Shown piece after piece: positions 13,808 through 26,903 of a DNA stretch of 64,000 nt (the first letter of the stretch is position 1; every line of letters begins with the position of its first letter). The stretch is from NCBI RefSeq assembly GCF_964194155.1, contig NC_135887.1, positions 48,422,001-48,486,000 of the forward strand. The letters run 5' to 3'. Below the pieces are notes generated by a model. It was given only the letters and a program-made list of their open reading frames with translations. It made no database searches and was not told where the DNA came from. This stretch comes from Cetorhinus maximus. Its lineage: Eukaryota. A program made the position numbers and the translations under genes.

Positions 13808-15647
13808 ATGGAGCTTGTAAGTGCTGAACATGGCAGGCGGGAGGGCAGGTCAGCGGGGCAGTTGGTCCTGTGTTTTTCCGATGAGTGTCTCGCTGTCCTC
13901 CTGGAGGAGGTGGCACTTGTCCTCAGGGATGAGAGGAGCCCCCCCTCAACTCACCAAAAATGCCTGGGGGGGAGGGGGGGGTGGCATCCAGGGTAAGCTC
14001 TCATGATGTAGTGAGGCACACATGGGTGCAGTGCCGTAAGTGGTTCAATGATCTCCTGCGATCGGAAAGGGTGAGTACTGTGTTGGCATGGGTCACTTAA
14101 CACAACAGTTAGGAGCCTCTCGCCCCAACCCCCTCCACACCTCAGTGTTCTTAGAGTGAGAGTGGCAAATGTTAATAAGGCAGCATCTGGTCAAGGGGTT
14201 GAGCCCTGGCTGCTTGGAATGAGTATCTTGCAGCTCCAGGACCATGAATCGGCTGAGCCCTGTGAGATATTCCTCAGGTGGGGTTGGCCAGGCTGCAATG
14301 GTGCTGCAGGTACAGGGTGGACTAATCAATGCTCCTCTGTCCTTTCAGGAGAAGACATCCCATAACAATGCAGAGAGGTTGGCGGAGGATCGTGCCACCT
14401 TCTAATCCTGAGTAGATATGAGGAGGCCCTGGAGCTGGAGAGGCGCTATACATCTTGGTCAACCGGCCGCGGTGAAGTTGGGGTGCCAGAGGGAGGTAAG
14501 AGTGCAGCGCACCAAGGTCAGAATGTCTGTAAGAGCAACCATTCCACTGTTGTCTCTATATTGATGTGAGCCTCAAACATGGAATCCCCATTGATAATGG
14601 AAAGATGAGGGCACCTTGATCTGGGTGCCAGGCATGCACAGTAACAGAATAATGACTTCAACTAATGACATGTTCTTGTTCGTCCTTTCAGGCTCATCAG
14701 CAGCCCATCGGAGTGAGGAGCCTGAAGGCCCAACACTGACCCCAGAGGACAGCAACCATGGAAATGCTCCTGAGTCACACTGTCTCAGCCAAGCAGGCAC
14801 CAGCGCAGATACCAGCACCTCAGTGGGCATTAGATTGGCAGATAGTATCTCTGTGCACAGCGGTGAGGGCACTTCACACTCGCTTGAGGTGCAGGCAGAG
14901 GCCGATAGTGCCCGGGGCGCCAGCAGTCAAAGGACTTCTGGGGACCAGGAACATGCTCAGTCGGTGGCTGATGATGTGCCTCTGGAGTCATCCCAGAAGA
15001 GGCAGATGCTCAATGTCCAGCAGGGGGTGTGGGAGGATCTGGCAGAGATACATGAGGGAATGCGCGCCAAGGTCTCCGCTGTGGAGGAGTCCTTGCGGAG
15101 CATGACCAGTGCAATGACCCTCATGGCCAAGTGCACTGCCTCCTCCACGGAGAGAGTGGCGACTCTCATGCAGAGGCTCCTCCAGAAGTTGCATCAGGGG
15201 TTCCTGGGGATGCGATCAGACCTGCAAGCCCTCACACTGGCAATAACCTCAGGTGGTCACTGTCAGTGTGGAAGATGGATTGAGCACCCAGTATCCCAGC
15301 TAGGTGCCCGTCCATCAATGGTGAGCAGGGAGGTCCAAAGCGACCCGTCGTTGGCGCACGAGCTGCTTATCGTCTCTGCAGGCTCCTCTCAGGGCGCTCC
15401 GGATGATGGCAGCAGCTCCTCTGCCTCTCTACCAGTAACTGTGGCATCTGATGAGGCTGCGGCGACTGGGGAAATGCCAGCCGTGGCACTGGCGGGGCCA
15501 GCACATGCTCCACGGGCCATAGGACGCCCGCCAAGGTCATCAAGGCCAACAGGACAGCACAGTAAGCAGGCTGTCTCCAATGTCGGTGTCGTTGAGGGTG
15601 GAGCAACTAGACGTAGCACCCGCAAGCGAAAACTTAAAGCACCTTAA
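13808..15647 (+). pseudogene. Harbinger Myb/SANT-like accessory protein; predicted exons 13808-14070, 14349-14495, 14692-15647
   Basis: FSDECLAVLLEEV..KNAW..VASRVS..RHTWVQCRKWFNDL. Donors gtgagt (14071) and gtaag (14496); acceptors cctttcag (14348, 14691). The last exon is open and ends in the basic NLS-like TRRSTRKRKLK. Exon 1 is frameshifted. Confidence 0.8.
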
Positions 15648-15976
15648 GCACAACACGGGTTTATCACTGGTGATATTTTTTCCCCCCACTTTTGTGTTAA
15701 ATATTATTTGGTGTGATGGATAACATCTTTCAATTTAATTTGTATTGTGTGTGTCAGGCACCACAGCATTAAATGTGTTTCTGTTCAACAAGCCTCTGGG
15801 TGCTTCATTAATCCTGCAGGTGCAGGGTAACCCATGATATTATGAGTGACTTGTTTGTCATTGAACTTAATTGAAATGGCAAACAGTACATGTTGTTCAC
15901 CAAGCAAATGTTCCTGTCAGGAATCGAATATGAAGCCTGCAGCCCTGGCATGGGGTGGTGGTTCTTATTTGGTAGG

Positions 15977-17151
15977 CTAGCTGAAGGAGCATTGGATCAA
16001 AGCCTCCAGGGTGTCCCTGCCTCCCTGGAGGTAAGCATCTATTCCCTTAGCGTTCTCCTGACCGTGCTCGTCCTTGGACTCTCTACTGGACTCATCGTCT
16101 GTTGCCAGAGCAGCTGCGTCAACATCATCTTCCTCCACTGCGTCACCACTTGAGTGCCAGATTGTGGAGAGCGCAGCATGCAACCACTATCAGTGACACA
16201 CGATCTGGGGGGGTCGGTATTGCAGTGTGCCCCTTGAACAGTCCAGGCATCAGAAGCGCATCTTGAGAAGACCTATGGCTCTCTCTACCACCGCCTTTGT
16301 GGAGGCATGGCTCCTACTGTTCTTGGATGGCAGAGGGGCGTCATGAGCCATCTTTTGAGGGGATAGCCCTTGTCATCCAGCAGCCATTCATCCAACCGTG
16401 CTGGAGCACTGAGGAGCTTTGGCACCTGAGCGTGTCTCAGGATGTAAGCATCATGGGAGCTGCCTGGGTACCTTGCACAGACTTGTAAAATCAGCATCCT
16501 CTGTTCATGGAGTGGAAGCCCTTCCTGTTGATGAAGGCACTGGGCTCACCTGCTGGCACCTCAATGGCCACATGTGTGCAGTCGATTGCACCCTGGATGC
16601 GGGGGAACCCAGCAATTGCTGCAAAGCCTCTGGCTCACTCTGCCTGGCTGGCTTCGTCTGTGCAGTAGTGAATGAAAGTTAATGCACGCCTGAACAGAGC
16701 GTCTGTCACCAGCTTGACAACTGTGGACAGCTGATTGGGAGACACCACAAAAATCACCCACTGACCCCTGGAAAGAGCCGGAGGCATAGAAGTTGAAGGC
16801 CACTGTGACCTTCAGCGCACTGGCATGGAAGTGTCCACCTACACAATCGGAGCTGATCTCAGGGCCTATCATCTGACAGATGGAGGTCACTGTCTCCATC
16901 AAGAGGCGGAGCCTCCTTCGGCATTGCACCTCAGACATATTGAGGTAGCTGCATCGCCGCCTGTAAACTCTGGCAGCACGATAGTGGCATCTTCTGCAGC
17001 CACTTCTGCCTTGGACTTCCTGTTGGCCCTGCACCTGTCCTCCCACAAGTCACTCCCTTGGAGGCTGAAAAGGGGCACCTGATCTCCTCCCCCTTCTGGT
17101 CCTCTCTTCCTTCTCAGTGGAGGTTCCTCCAGCGGAGACCACAATCCCCAT
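15977..17151 (-). pseudogene. Harbinger DDE transposase (HARBI1-like), disrupted
   Basis: Motifs FYASGSFQ, GAIDCTHV, NRKGFHS, ARYPGSSHDAYI, WLLDDKGYPLKRWLMTP, ERAIGLLKMRF and an acidic tail; in-frame stop and several frameshifts. Confidence 0.92.
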
Positions 17152-18223
17152 TCCCAGGGTAAGGGAAATCTGTCTGATACCTAGAAGGACTCAAGTGGTG
17201 TGACTCCTCCGGTGTCCTGAACTAAAGCCTCTTATTTCTGTCAAAGCAGCTCTGAAGCAAAATGAAGTTGTCCTGCTCACACAAGCAAGCAGCAACAACT
17301 TATAAGCTAAAGTACAAACAACTCTCACTAGCAAGCGCACTCACCCTTCTTATCCCGCCCGTGGATGAGGTTTTTGAAAATGTGGCCTGCCCGTTACGCC
17401 CATGCGATGCCCTGAAGATCGCACGGGCTACGTAAAATCACAGACGATTGGTGCCACAAGGGCCTTAACTGGACCGTTAATTAATGGTGGACACGCCTCC
17501 GTTTTCATCTTGCGTCCACCTAGTGAAAATTCACGATGTTGCGCGGTGACGTCGGGGTCATCGCATGTCATTTTACATTCCAGCGTGTCAGGCGCACGCC
17601 CGCACACCGAAGGTAAAATTCTGGCCAATGAGGACTGAAAACTTTCTTGCCCTGCTGCATTCGCTCAATCTCCCCTTTTTTTAAACAAAAAAGCACAGTG
17701 AGACGGCAGGTAAACAGCCATGAATTGGATGACGGGTAACATTTTATAACAGATCGCCAGTTATACAGAAACAAAATAGGAAGGAAAATACAACAGGACA
17801 CCAACTACAAATGTGCAGCATTGTGGGTTCATGCATGCTGCAAGGCAGGTGCTGCAAATGGATATTACATGAGCAAATACGTTTTCTTTTAAGTACAATA
17901 AAGGGCCCAATATGAAGTTTCCAAATTCATACTGGAGTCTTTGGAACTAAATTTAAAACTGTTCTGGGATTTAAGTCTGGTTAAGCCTCCAGTACTTCAC
18001 TTTAAATATGTTGGGGCACAAAACTAACAATTCCACCTACAGTGCATTAACTAAACGAGAACTTTTCTTCAACTGAGCTATTGGTGTCTCCTACGAAGAA
18101 GGTTCATGGCTGCAGACAGAAGCACTTTCTCCATATACTGATTAAAGCGCCTAATTATAAATCTGAATTTTTTCCCCCAACTGGTGAAGTTTGGGTTTTT
18201 GGAACAGAAACTAAATTGTAGAC

Positions 18224-19490
18224 AAAACAAAAACAGAATTACCTGGAAAAACTCAGCAGGTCTGGCAGCATCGGTGGAGAAGAAAAGAGTCGACGTTTCG
18301 AGTCCTCACGACCCTTCAACAGAACTGAGTATAGTTAGGAGAGGGGTGAAATATAAGCTGGTTTAAGGTGGGGGGCGGGGGGGGTGGTGGTGGTTGTAGG
18401 GACAAGCAAGCAGTGATAGGAGCAGATAATCAAAAGATGTCACAGACAAAAGGATCAAAGAGGTGTTGAAGGTGGTGATATTATCTAAGAAAATGTGCTA
18501 ATTAAGAATGGATGGCAGGACACTCAAGGTACAGCTCTAGTGGGGATGGGGTGGAAAGACTGACAAGGTATTAGTTGTAGATTTAAAAATAATGGAAATA
18601 GGTGGGAAAAGAAAAATCTATATAAATTATTGAAAAAAACAAAAGGGAGGGGGAAGAAACAGGGTGGGGATGGGGGGAGGGAGTTTAAGATCTAAAGTTG
18701 TTGAATTCAATATTCAGCCTGGAAGGCTGTAAAATGCCTAGTCGGAAGATGAGGTGCTGTTCCTCCAGTTTGCGTTGGGCTTCACTGGAACAATGCAGCA
18801 AGCCAAGGACAGACATGTGGGCAAGAGAGCAGGGTGGAGTGTTAAAATGGAAAGCGACAGGGAGGTTTGGGTCTTTCTTGCGGACAGACCGCAGGTGTTC
18901 TGCAAAGCGGTCACCCAGTCTGCTTTTGGTCTCTCCAATGTAGAGGAAACCGCATTGGGAGCAACGAATGCAGTAGACTAAGTTGAGGGAAGTGCAAATG
19001 AAATGCTGCTTCACTTGAAATGAGTGTTTGGGCTCTTGGACAGTGAGGAGAGGGGAAGTAAAGGGGCAGGTGTTGCATCTTCTGCGGTTGCATGGGAAGG
19101 TGCTGTGGGAGGGGGTTGAGGTGTAGGGGGTGATGGAGGAGTGGACCAGGGTGTCCCGGAGGGAACGATTCCTGCGGAATGCCGCCGGGGGGGGTGAAGG
19201 GAAGATGTGTTTGGTGATGGCATCATGCTGGAGTTGGCGGAAATGGCGGAGGATGATCCTTTGAATGCGGAGGCTGGTGGGGTGATAAGTGAGGACAAGG
19301 GGGACCCTATCATGTTTCTGGGAGGGAGAAGGTGTGAGGGCAGATGCATGGGAGATAGGCCGGACACGGTTGAGGGCCCTGTCAACCACCATGGGTGGAA
19401 AGCCTCAGTTAAGGAAGAAGGAGGACATGTCAGAGGAACTGTTTTTGAGAGTGGCATCATCAGAACAGATGCGACGGAGGCGAAGCAACT
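18224..19490 (-). mobile_element. Inverted 3' copy of the same Penelope element (GIY-YIG endonuclease + tail)
   Basis: ORF 18685-19392 contains CNRRRCNTC and LVYCIRCSQCGFLYIGETK; reverse complement of ~21235-22515. Confidence 0.93.
18288..18326 (-). ncRNA. Minimal type I hammerhead ribozyme motif
   Basis: agtt-CUGUUGA-a-gggtc/gactc-GAAACGUC-gact in the Penelope 3' tail. Confidence 0.72.
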
Positions 19491-19555
19491 CCTGTTTGTG
19501 GATTTTGGGTAGGAGGTAGAAGCGGGCCGTCCGAGGTTGGGAGACTATCAGGTAT

Positions 19556-22520
19556 CTTGGACGGCCTGTTTCTACCTCCTATCCAAAATCCACAAACAGG
19601 ACTGTCCCAGCAGACCGATCGTGTCAGCCTGTTCCTGCCCCACGGAACTCATTTCTCCCTATCTTGACTCCATTCTCTCTCCCCTTGTTCAGTCCCTTCC
19701 CACCTACATCCGTGATTCCTCCTCTGACACCCTAAAACATATCAAGTGCAAAGGAACACAACTCCAACAACTCATCAACACCAACACCCATCCAGGACCC
19801 TCCACCCCTGCCTGTCCCTCTGTCCCCATCCCGTCTTCCAATCCCAGCCCCGGCCGTGTACTCACCATACCCCCTGACCTTCCCCTCTCCAACGCTGAAC
19901 GTCCAGTGCTCGGCAAAGGACTTAGTTTCATACCCTTACGCCCTCATCTCAATGAATTTCTGGCTCGGCATGATGCTGAACTCTTCTTCCGCCGCCTTGG
20001 TCTCCGTGCTCACTTCTTTGGGCAGGAGTCCTCTCCCCGTTCAACAGATCCTTTTACCCACCTCCAATATTCTCCCTCCACCTGGACCCCTCCCTTTGGA
20101 TTCTTACCTTCTCTTGATCTTTTCATTGAGAACTGTCAGCGTGACATTAATCGTCTCAATTTCTCTGCTCCTCTCACCCATTCTAACCTGTCTCTCTCTG
20201 AACTTGCTGCACTCCATTCTCTGAGGCACAACCCTGACATTGTCATCAAACCCGCTGACAAGGGTGGTGCTGTTGTTGTCTGGCACACTGACCTCTACAT
20301 CGCAGAGGCTGAGCGTCAATTCGCAGACACTTCCTCCTACCTCTCCTTGGACCTTGACCCCACCACTGAACATCAAGCCATTGTTTCCAGAACTGTCACT
20401 GACCTCATCTCCTCTGGAGATCTTCCTTCCACAGCTTCCAACCTGACAGTCACCCAACCTCGGATGGCCCGCTTCTACCTCCTACCCAAAATCCACAAAC
20501 AGCACTGTCCCGGCAGACCGATCGTGTCAGCCTGTTCCTGCCCCATGGAACTCATTTCTCGCTATCTTGACTCCCTTCTCTCTCCGCTTGTCCAGTCCCT
20601 TCCCACCTACATCCGTGATACCTCTGACACCCTATATCACATCAACAATTTCCAGTTCCCTGGCACCAACCGCCTCCTCTTCACATTGGACGTCCAATCC
20701 CTCTACACCTTCATCCCCCACCAGGAAGGTCTGGTGGCTCTCCGCTTCTTCCTCGAACAGAGGCCCGAACAATCCCCATCCACCAACTACTCTCCTCCGT
20801 CTGGCTGAACTTGTTCTCACACTGAACAATTTCTCCTTTAACTCGTCTCATTTCCTCCAAATAAAAAGTGTGGCTATGGGTACCCGCATGGGCCTGACTC
20901 TTTATGGGGTATGTGGAACATTCCTTGTTCCAGTCCTACTCCGGCCCCCTCCCACAACTCTTTCTCCGGTACATCGATGATTACTTCGGTGCTGCTTCAT
21001 GCTCTCGTCTGGACCTGGAAAATTTTATTAATTTTGCTTCCAATTTCCACTCCTCCATCATTTTCACATCGTCTATCTCTGATACTTCCCTTCCCTTCCT
21101 TGACCTCTCTGTCTCAATTTCTGGTGATAGACTGTCCACCAATATCCATTACAAGCCTACCGGCTCCCACAGCTACCTCGACTACAGCTCCTCACACCCC
21201 GCTTCCTTTAAGGACTCCATCCCATTCTCTCAGTTTCTTCGAGTCAGTCGCATCTGTTCTGATGATGCCACTTTCAAAAACAGTTCCTCTGACATGTCCT
21301 CCTTCTTCCTTAACCGAGGTTTACCACCCACGGTGGTTGACAGGGCCCTCAACCGTGTCTGGCCCATCTCCCGCGCACCCGCCCTCACACCTTCTCCTCC
21401 CTCCCAGAAACATGATAGGGTCCCCCTTGTCCTCACTTATCACCCCACCAGCCTCCGCATTCAAAGGACCATCCTCCGCCATTTCCGCCAACTCCAGCAT
21501 GATGTCACCACCAAACACATCTTCCCTTCACCCCCCCGGCGGCATTCCGTAGGGATCGTTCCCTCCGTGACACCCTGGTCCACTCCTCCATCACCCCCTA
21601 CACCTCAACCCCCTCCCACGGCACCTTCCCATGCAACCGCAAAAGATGCAACACCTGCCCCTTTACTTCCCCTCTCCACACCATCCAAGGGCCCAAACAC
21701 TCATTTCAAGTGAAGCAGCATTTCACTTGCACTTCCCTCAACTTAGTCTACGGCATTCGTTGCTCCCAATGCGGTTTCCTCTACATTGGAGAGGCCAAAC
21801 GCAGACTGGCTGACTGCTTTGCAGAACACCTTTGTTCTGTCCACAAGCATTACCCAGACCTCCCTGTCGCTTGCCATTTCAACACTCCACCCTGCTCTCA
21901 TACCCACATGTCCGTCCTTGGCTTGCTGCATTGTTCCAGTGAAGCTCAATGCAAACTGGAGGAACAGCACCTCATCTTCCGACTAGGCACTTTACAGCCT
22001 TCTGGACTGAATATTGAGTTCAACAATTTTAGATCATGAACTCTCTCCTCCATCCCCACCCCCTTTCTGATTTTTTTCCCCCTTTTTGTTTTTTCCAATA
22101 ATTTATATAGATTTTTCTTTTCCCACCTATTTCCATTATTTTTAAATGTATTTCCATCCATTGTTTTATCTCTACCTTTTAGCCTTTTTCCATTCCTTCA
22201 CCCCACCCCCACTAGGGCTATCTGTACCTTGCTTGTCCTGCTTTCTACCCTATATTAGCACATTCCTTTAGATAATATCACCACCTTCAACACCTTTTTG
22301 TCCTTTTGTCTGTGACATCTTTTGGTTACCTCCACCTATCACTGGCCCTCTATCCAGCTCCCTTGTCCCAACCCCCCCCTTAAACCAGCTTATATTTCAC
22401 CCCTTTTCTATTTTTCCTTAGTTCTGTTGAAGAGTCATGCGGACTCGAAACATTAACTGTGCTCCTTTCCACAGATGCTGCCAGACCTGCTGAGTTTTTC
22501 CAGGTATTTTCGTTTTTATT
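19556..22520 (+). mobile_element. Penelope-like retroelement (RT + GIY-YIG), 5'-truncated and frameshifted
   Basis: IVIKPADKGGAVVV, FYLLPKIHK, LDVQSLYT, VAMGT, LRYIDD, LVYGIRCSQCGFLYIGE..EH..HF..LNIEF; 3' tail carries a hammerhead motif. Confidence 0.93.
22420..22458 (+). ncRNA. Minimal type I hammerhead ribozyme motif
   Basis: agtt-CUGUUGA-a-gagtc/gactc-GAAACAUU-aact; stem II is perfectly paired. Confidence 0.68.
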
Positions 22521-22529
22521 GTCTTTTTG

Positions 22530-23990
22530 GCTTGACGGCAGCATCCTGTTAGTGGTGAACAGCACTTGTGATGCTACTGCTAACAGCTAACTTCACCCGT
22601 TTCTCAATTTTTTGAGACAGATTACCCTGGAAGGGCAAGGTGAGGTAGACTGGGCACTTTTCAGGACCGAAAGTGACGGCCTTAGACCCGTTCATGGGTT
22701 TGCGAGATATACAGCAATAAATGATCTGATCAGGATAGCCATTACCTTGCAGGATGCCTTTGATGCGCCCTATTTCAGCATCAAACTTGAATGTAGGTTG
22801 CCGATAAGACCAATCTTATAGCGTGTGGAACTGTGAGAATCCTAACGCATATATTGACTAGTGAAGGTAGGCTTGTGGTAGACTGTGTTAGAAAATCGCC
22901 TGGCAGATTTCTCAACTAGCACGTGAAGGATGAGGAGATCATCTGACTGCTCCATTTCAAAAGTGAATTTCAGCGCAGGATGGAGCCCATTAAGATATGA
23001 AAGGAAATTGTTACATGCAGCTTATTGAACTTATGAACTCGGCAACTTGCGTAATTGAGTTCAGTTTTAATGACACCATGTATGCCCAAATAGATGGTGT
23101 TGCCATGGGATCCCCGCTAGACCCAGCTCTCGCAAATATCTTTGTTGGGTTCCATGAGAAACGTGTCTTCGATGGAATGACATCTAACCCTCTCATATTC
23201 CCAATATGTGTATGATACATTTGCTATATTTAAATCCGCAGCCGCATGTTGTTTCACGCTGCTTTTATGCAATAGCAACACGAGTGGTAACTGCCACTAA
23301 CAGGGTACTGCCATCAAGCCAAAAAGACATCTAGCACACAAATGAGTAATGTGGTATATGAATTTAAGTGCCAGTGAGATGCTGGATATGTAGACCATAT
23401 GTCCTAAAGACTGGTGGATCGTATCAAACGGCATGTCCCAGCTGCTGTTCACAATGGGCATAGTACAGGCCATATTCAACCTACCCATGCTTCCAAAATT
23501 CAAAACACAGTGTCCAACATTAGATGTGATTCCGCGATTGGACAACATTTGTTAAATAATCCTCAGTGTGCTGAGAATTACGCTGACAACCAATTTAAGA
23601 TTGTCAGTCCGGGCTCGCAGTGTGATGCATTTGCTGGAAGCCACATATATTAATACACAGGGCCATATTCTTTTCAGGCAGAAAGAACATATACACACGT
23701 TGCGTCTGTTTCAGTTAAAATAAGTGACAGTCATTTGCTGACTCAGTCCCCAGGGCAACGCCTTAAGCAATCAGGGTCAAGCTGCCTGGTTTAAATTTCA
23801 AACAATGGTTGGCAGTTAACTATCAGTCACCATCACTGGTGAATTCTCCATGGCAACACCATTTGCCAATCAATCAGCACACTCTTTCACATACAGTATA
23901 AATTGTTGTTTTCCCCTTTTATTGGTATTCCTGAAAAGTGTCCTGATGAGTGCAAGATGAAAAGTTTAGACATGTCTCTTTTTTCAGTAA
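22530..23990. mobile_element. Second, older Penelope-like family, internally rearranged
   Basis: FSFNDTMYAQIDGVAMGSPL..LANIFV (RT, plus strand); post-RT segment inverted at 22530-23021; GIY-YIG remnants at 23340-23660; hammerhead motif at 23939. Confidence 0.8.
23939..23972 (+). ncRNA. Minimal hammerhead ribozyme motif of the second Penelope family
   Basis: tgtc-CUGAUGA-gtgcaagat-GAAA-agtt-UA-gaca; canonical core with stem I UGUC/GACA. Confidence 0.65.
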
Positions 23991-23994
23991 TACT

Positions 23995-25200
23995 TGGGAA
24001 TGTAGTGGTAGTAGGGGACAGTATATTCAGGGAGTTAGACACACTTCTCTGCAGCAAAGAACATAAGTCCAGAAGGCTGTATTGCCTTTCTGGTGCCAGC
24101 TTTGGGACATCTGCTCTAGGCTGGAGAGAAACGGGCAGTGGGAGGAGGAGGGTCCCAGTTGTCATGGTGCACATAGGTATTAATGACACAGGACTAGGAA
24201 GGAGGTTCAGCTCTGAGTGTACAGTAGTTAGGGGCTAAATTAAAAGCAGAACCTCAAAAGCAATAATCTCTAGATTATTACCTGGGGTAAACAAGATTAA
24301 AGAGTTACATGTGTGGCTCAAAGGTTGGTGTGGGAGAAATAGGTTTCCATTCATGGGGCATGCACACCAGTATTAGGGAAATTACCCTGGGTCTCTGGAT
24401 CACTAGTCCAGAGTTAATAAAGGATGAGATCAGTACATTAGTGAGAGAGGATCTTAGTTTGGAAAATCAAGATGTAAAATCAGTTTAGGTGGAGCTAAGA
24501 CCAGCAAAGGGCAGCAAACATTGTTAGGAGTTGATTATAGGCCACCAAACAGTAGTGGTAATACAGGGCATGGTATAAATCAGGAAAGTAGAGGCACATG
24601 TAACAAGGGTAACACAGTAATCATGGCGGACTTCAATCTACATATATACTGGGTAAACCTAATTAGCACTAATGCTGTGGAGGACAAATTCCTGGAATAT
24701 ATCTGAGATGGTTTTCTAAAACAGTACGTTGATGAACTAACTAGAGAATGGGCTATTTTAGATCTCGTATTAAGCAACGAGAAAGGGCTAATTAATAATC
24801 TCACTGTAAAGGAGTCTCTCGGGAAGAGTACCATAATAAGATAGAATTTTACATTAAGTTTGAAAGTGATGTAGTTCAATCCAAAACTAGGTTCTTAAAC
24901 CTAAACAAAGGAAACTATGAAGGTATGAGAGGCTAATTAGCTATGATGAGGACGGGCAATGGCTGGCATTTAAAAGATTAATACATGGTTTACAACAAAT
25001 TTACATTCCTTTGAGGGACAAAGCCCGTTAGCTACGGCTAATAAGAGAAGTTAAAGATTGTATTAGATCAAAGGAAGAGGCTTATAAAGTTGGCAAAAAA
25101 GTAGTAAGCCTGAAGACTGGGAGCATTTTAGGATTCAGCAAAAGAGGACCAAGAAACTGATAAAGAAAGAAAATAGAATATTAAAATGGAATATGAGAGA
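23995..25200 (+). mobile_element. CR1 LINE fragment: ORF1 SGNH esterase + ORF2 endonuclease
   Basis: VVVVGDSIFR..CLSGA..VMVHIGIND; LGVDYRPPNS..IMADFNL. Confidence 0.85.
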
Positions 25201-26244
25201 GGGGAAGAGAGCAGATAGGGCGTCAAGACTCTACAATTCAGGAATGCAGGTGGGAGCTTGTGCACAGATTGAAAAGGCCAAATTTGCGAGGAATAGAGCT
25301 TTATACAACTCGTCCCCAATTAACCCATTCAGTCCTCATATAATTCTGGCAAATCCCACTGTACCTCTTCCAAAGGAAACATATCACTCTTGAGGTTTGA
25401 TGTCCAAAATTGAATGCAAACAGGTCCTCAGAGAATCTTTCACAGGTGAGGGCAAATCAGAGTCTGCAATCCTGTTGAATGTTGGGCAATATCTATGTCC
25501 ACATTTGCTGGGGGGGGGGGAAGTTGGATCGTTTTGCACTGGAAACCACTCTAGAGACAGCAAGCCTTTCTGATGGGTAGTATAGTTTTGCATGTTGTGG
25601 TCCAGAATTTCCACAATTAATTCAAGTTCTGAACTCTATGGAATGTCTGTTAGCTTGACAAGATAGTCAGATAAGTCAAGTCAGCAGGTACTGATAATGT
25701 TGAAAGCACTGCATTTTGAGATGACTGCAACTACATATAGGCACCTTGTAAAGCCTCAATTTCCAAGAAGTCAAACTACAGAATTTTGAAGGGATAACTT
25801 TTCTCTTTGAAGCAGGAACCTTTGACAGTGCTCCCAAGTAGTGATACGGAAGCAGAATTATTTTGATCTACGCTGTTCTCTGGGCAAATCATTCCATATT
25901 TGGACACATTGTTACCCTCTTGAACCTTTCCTAAATGAGGAACCTGTTCAAAATGCTGAGGTTTAGTAATACATAATGAATTCTGAAATATCTGGAGCAC
26001 TCCTGGTCAGGGTGAATCCTTTCACTTATCAGATAACAATGTACCCAATGGGGGATGACTAAAATTAATAACCTCTAAGTTTACCAGCATCACAATAAAG
26101 ATCCATAAATACCCCATCAGATTAGCCTGCACAGCTTCAAGATTGTGCTCATCTTCTGGGGCCACAGTGCAAAGCTGTCCTCAATTTGGTATTAACTGGC
26201 AATTAATTGACAGACCATAGGATAGGCTAGGGTGAGAAATTTTA

Positions 26245-26490
26245 ATAATGTTGATTGAGGATAAATATTGACTTGGACATCAGGAAGAACTCTCCTGCTC
26301 TTTGAAATAGTAGTATAGGGCTTTTACATCCACTTGAGGCAGCAAATTCAGTTTAACGTTTCATCAAAAAGATGGCACCTCCAATCACGCAACACTCTCT
26401 CTGCATGTGCTCAAGTTTCTGGAGTGGAACTACAATCTACAACCTTCTGCCTCAGAGGTGATTGTGTTACCACTGAGTCACAGCTGCAAC
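26245..26490 (-). mobile_element. Deu-domain SINE (SacSINE1/AmnSINE1-like), decayed
   Basis: Reverse complement contains ggtgccatctttttgatgaaacgttaaac..gtggatgtaaaag..ctatttcaaagagcaggagag, resembling the recalled Deu core, with a tRNA-like head. Confidence 0.6.
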
Positions 26491-26693
26491 CACAGTGATG
26501 CCTGTCTGAGATTTGCAACAGAGGTGTCATTACCATTCAGAGGAAATCTGGAACTCTATTGCAGAAAATGTTGTGGAGGCTTGGACAATTGAAAAATACA
26601 AAATTGAAATAGAATTTTATTGGCCAAGGGTATGTGGAGATATGGAGTAAATGGAAGTTAAATAGAGATCAGCCATTATCTAACTGAATGTCT

Positions 26694-26903
26694 AAGGAAA
26701 TCTGCCATCCTTAACCAATCTGGCCGATGTGTGATTCCGACTCTCAGCAATGTGATTGACTTTTAATTGCTCACTGAAATGACCTAAAAGCCACTCAGTT
26801 GTACTCAAGAAGATAACTCACCACTACCTTCTCAAGGATAATTAGCAATGGGCAATAAATGCTGGCTTTGCCAGAAATGCCCACATCTTGTGAATGAATA
26901 AAA
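26694..26903 (+). mobile_element. SINE fragment joining the 5'-head body and 3' tail of the 57939-61057 LINE; inserted in a CR1 3' end (~26545-26955)
   Basis: 26694-26803 resembles 58105-58184, and 26804-26903 resembles 60954-61050. Confidence 0.75.

Larger units (their letters stand above)
13596..17626. mobile_element. Full-length PIF/Harbinger DNA transposon with two convergent genes
   Basis: TIRs agccagaatttta / taaaattctggcc (12/13 match), 3-bp TSD AAT (13593-13595, 17627-17629), GC-rich island, transposase plus Myb/SANT gene. Confidence 0.92.

Noticed and set aside
14616-15647. 343-aa ORF as a standalone host gene
   Set aside because: It sits inside Harbinger TIRs and is best read as the last exon of the Myb/SANT partner.
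25960-26010. ..RSAPDISE.. as the final beta-adaptin exon
   Set aside because: No LSLKC upstream and no matching C-terminus; chance resemblance.
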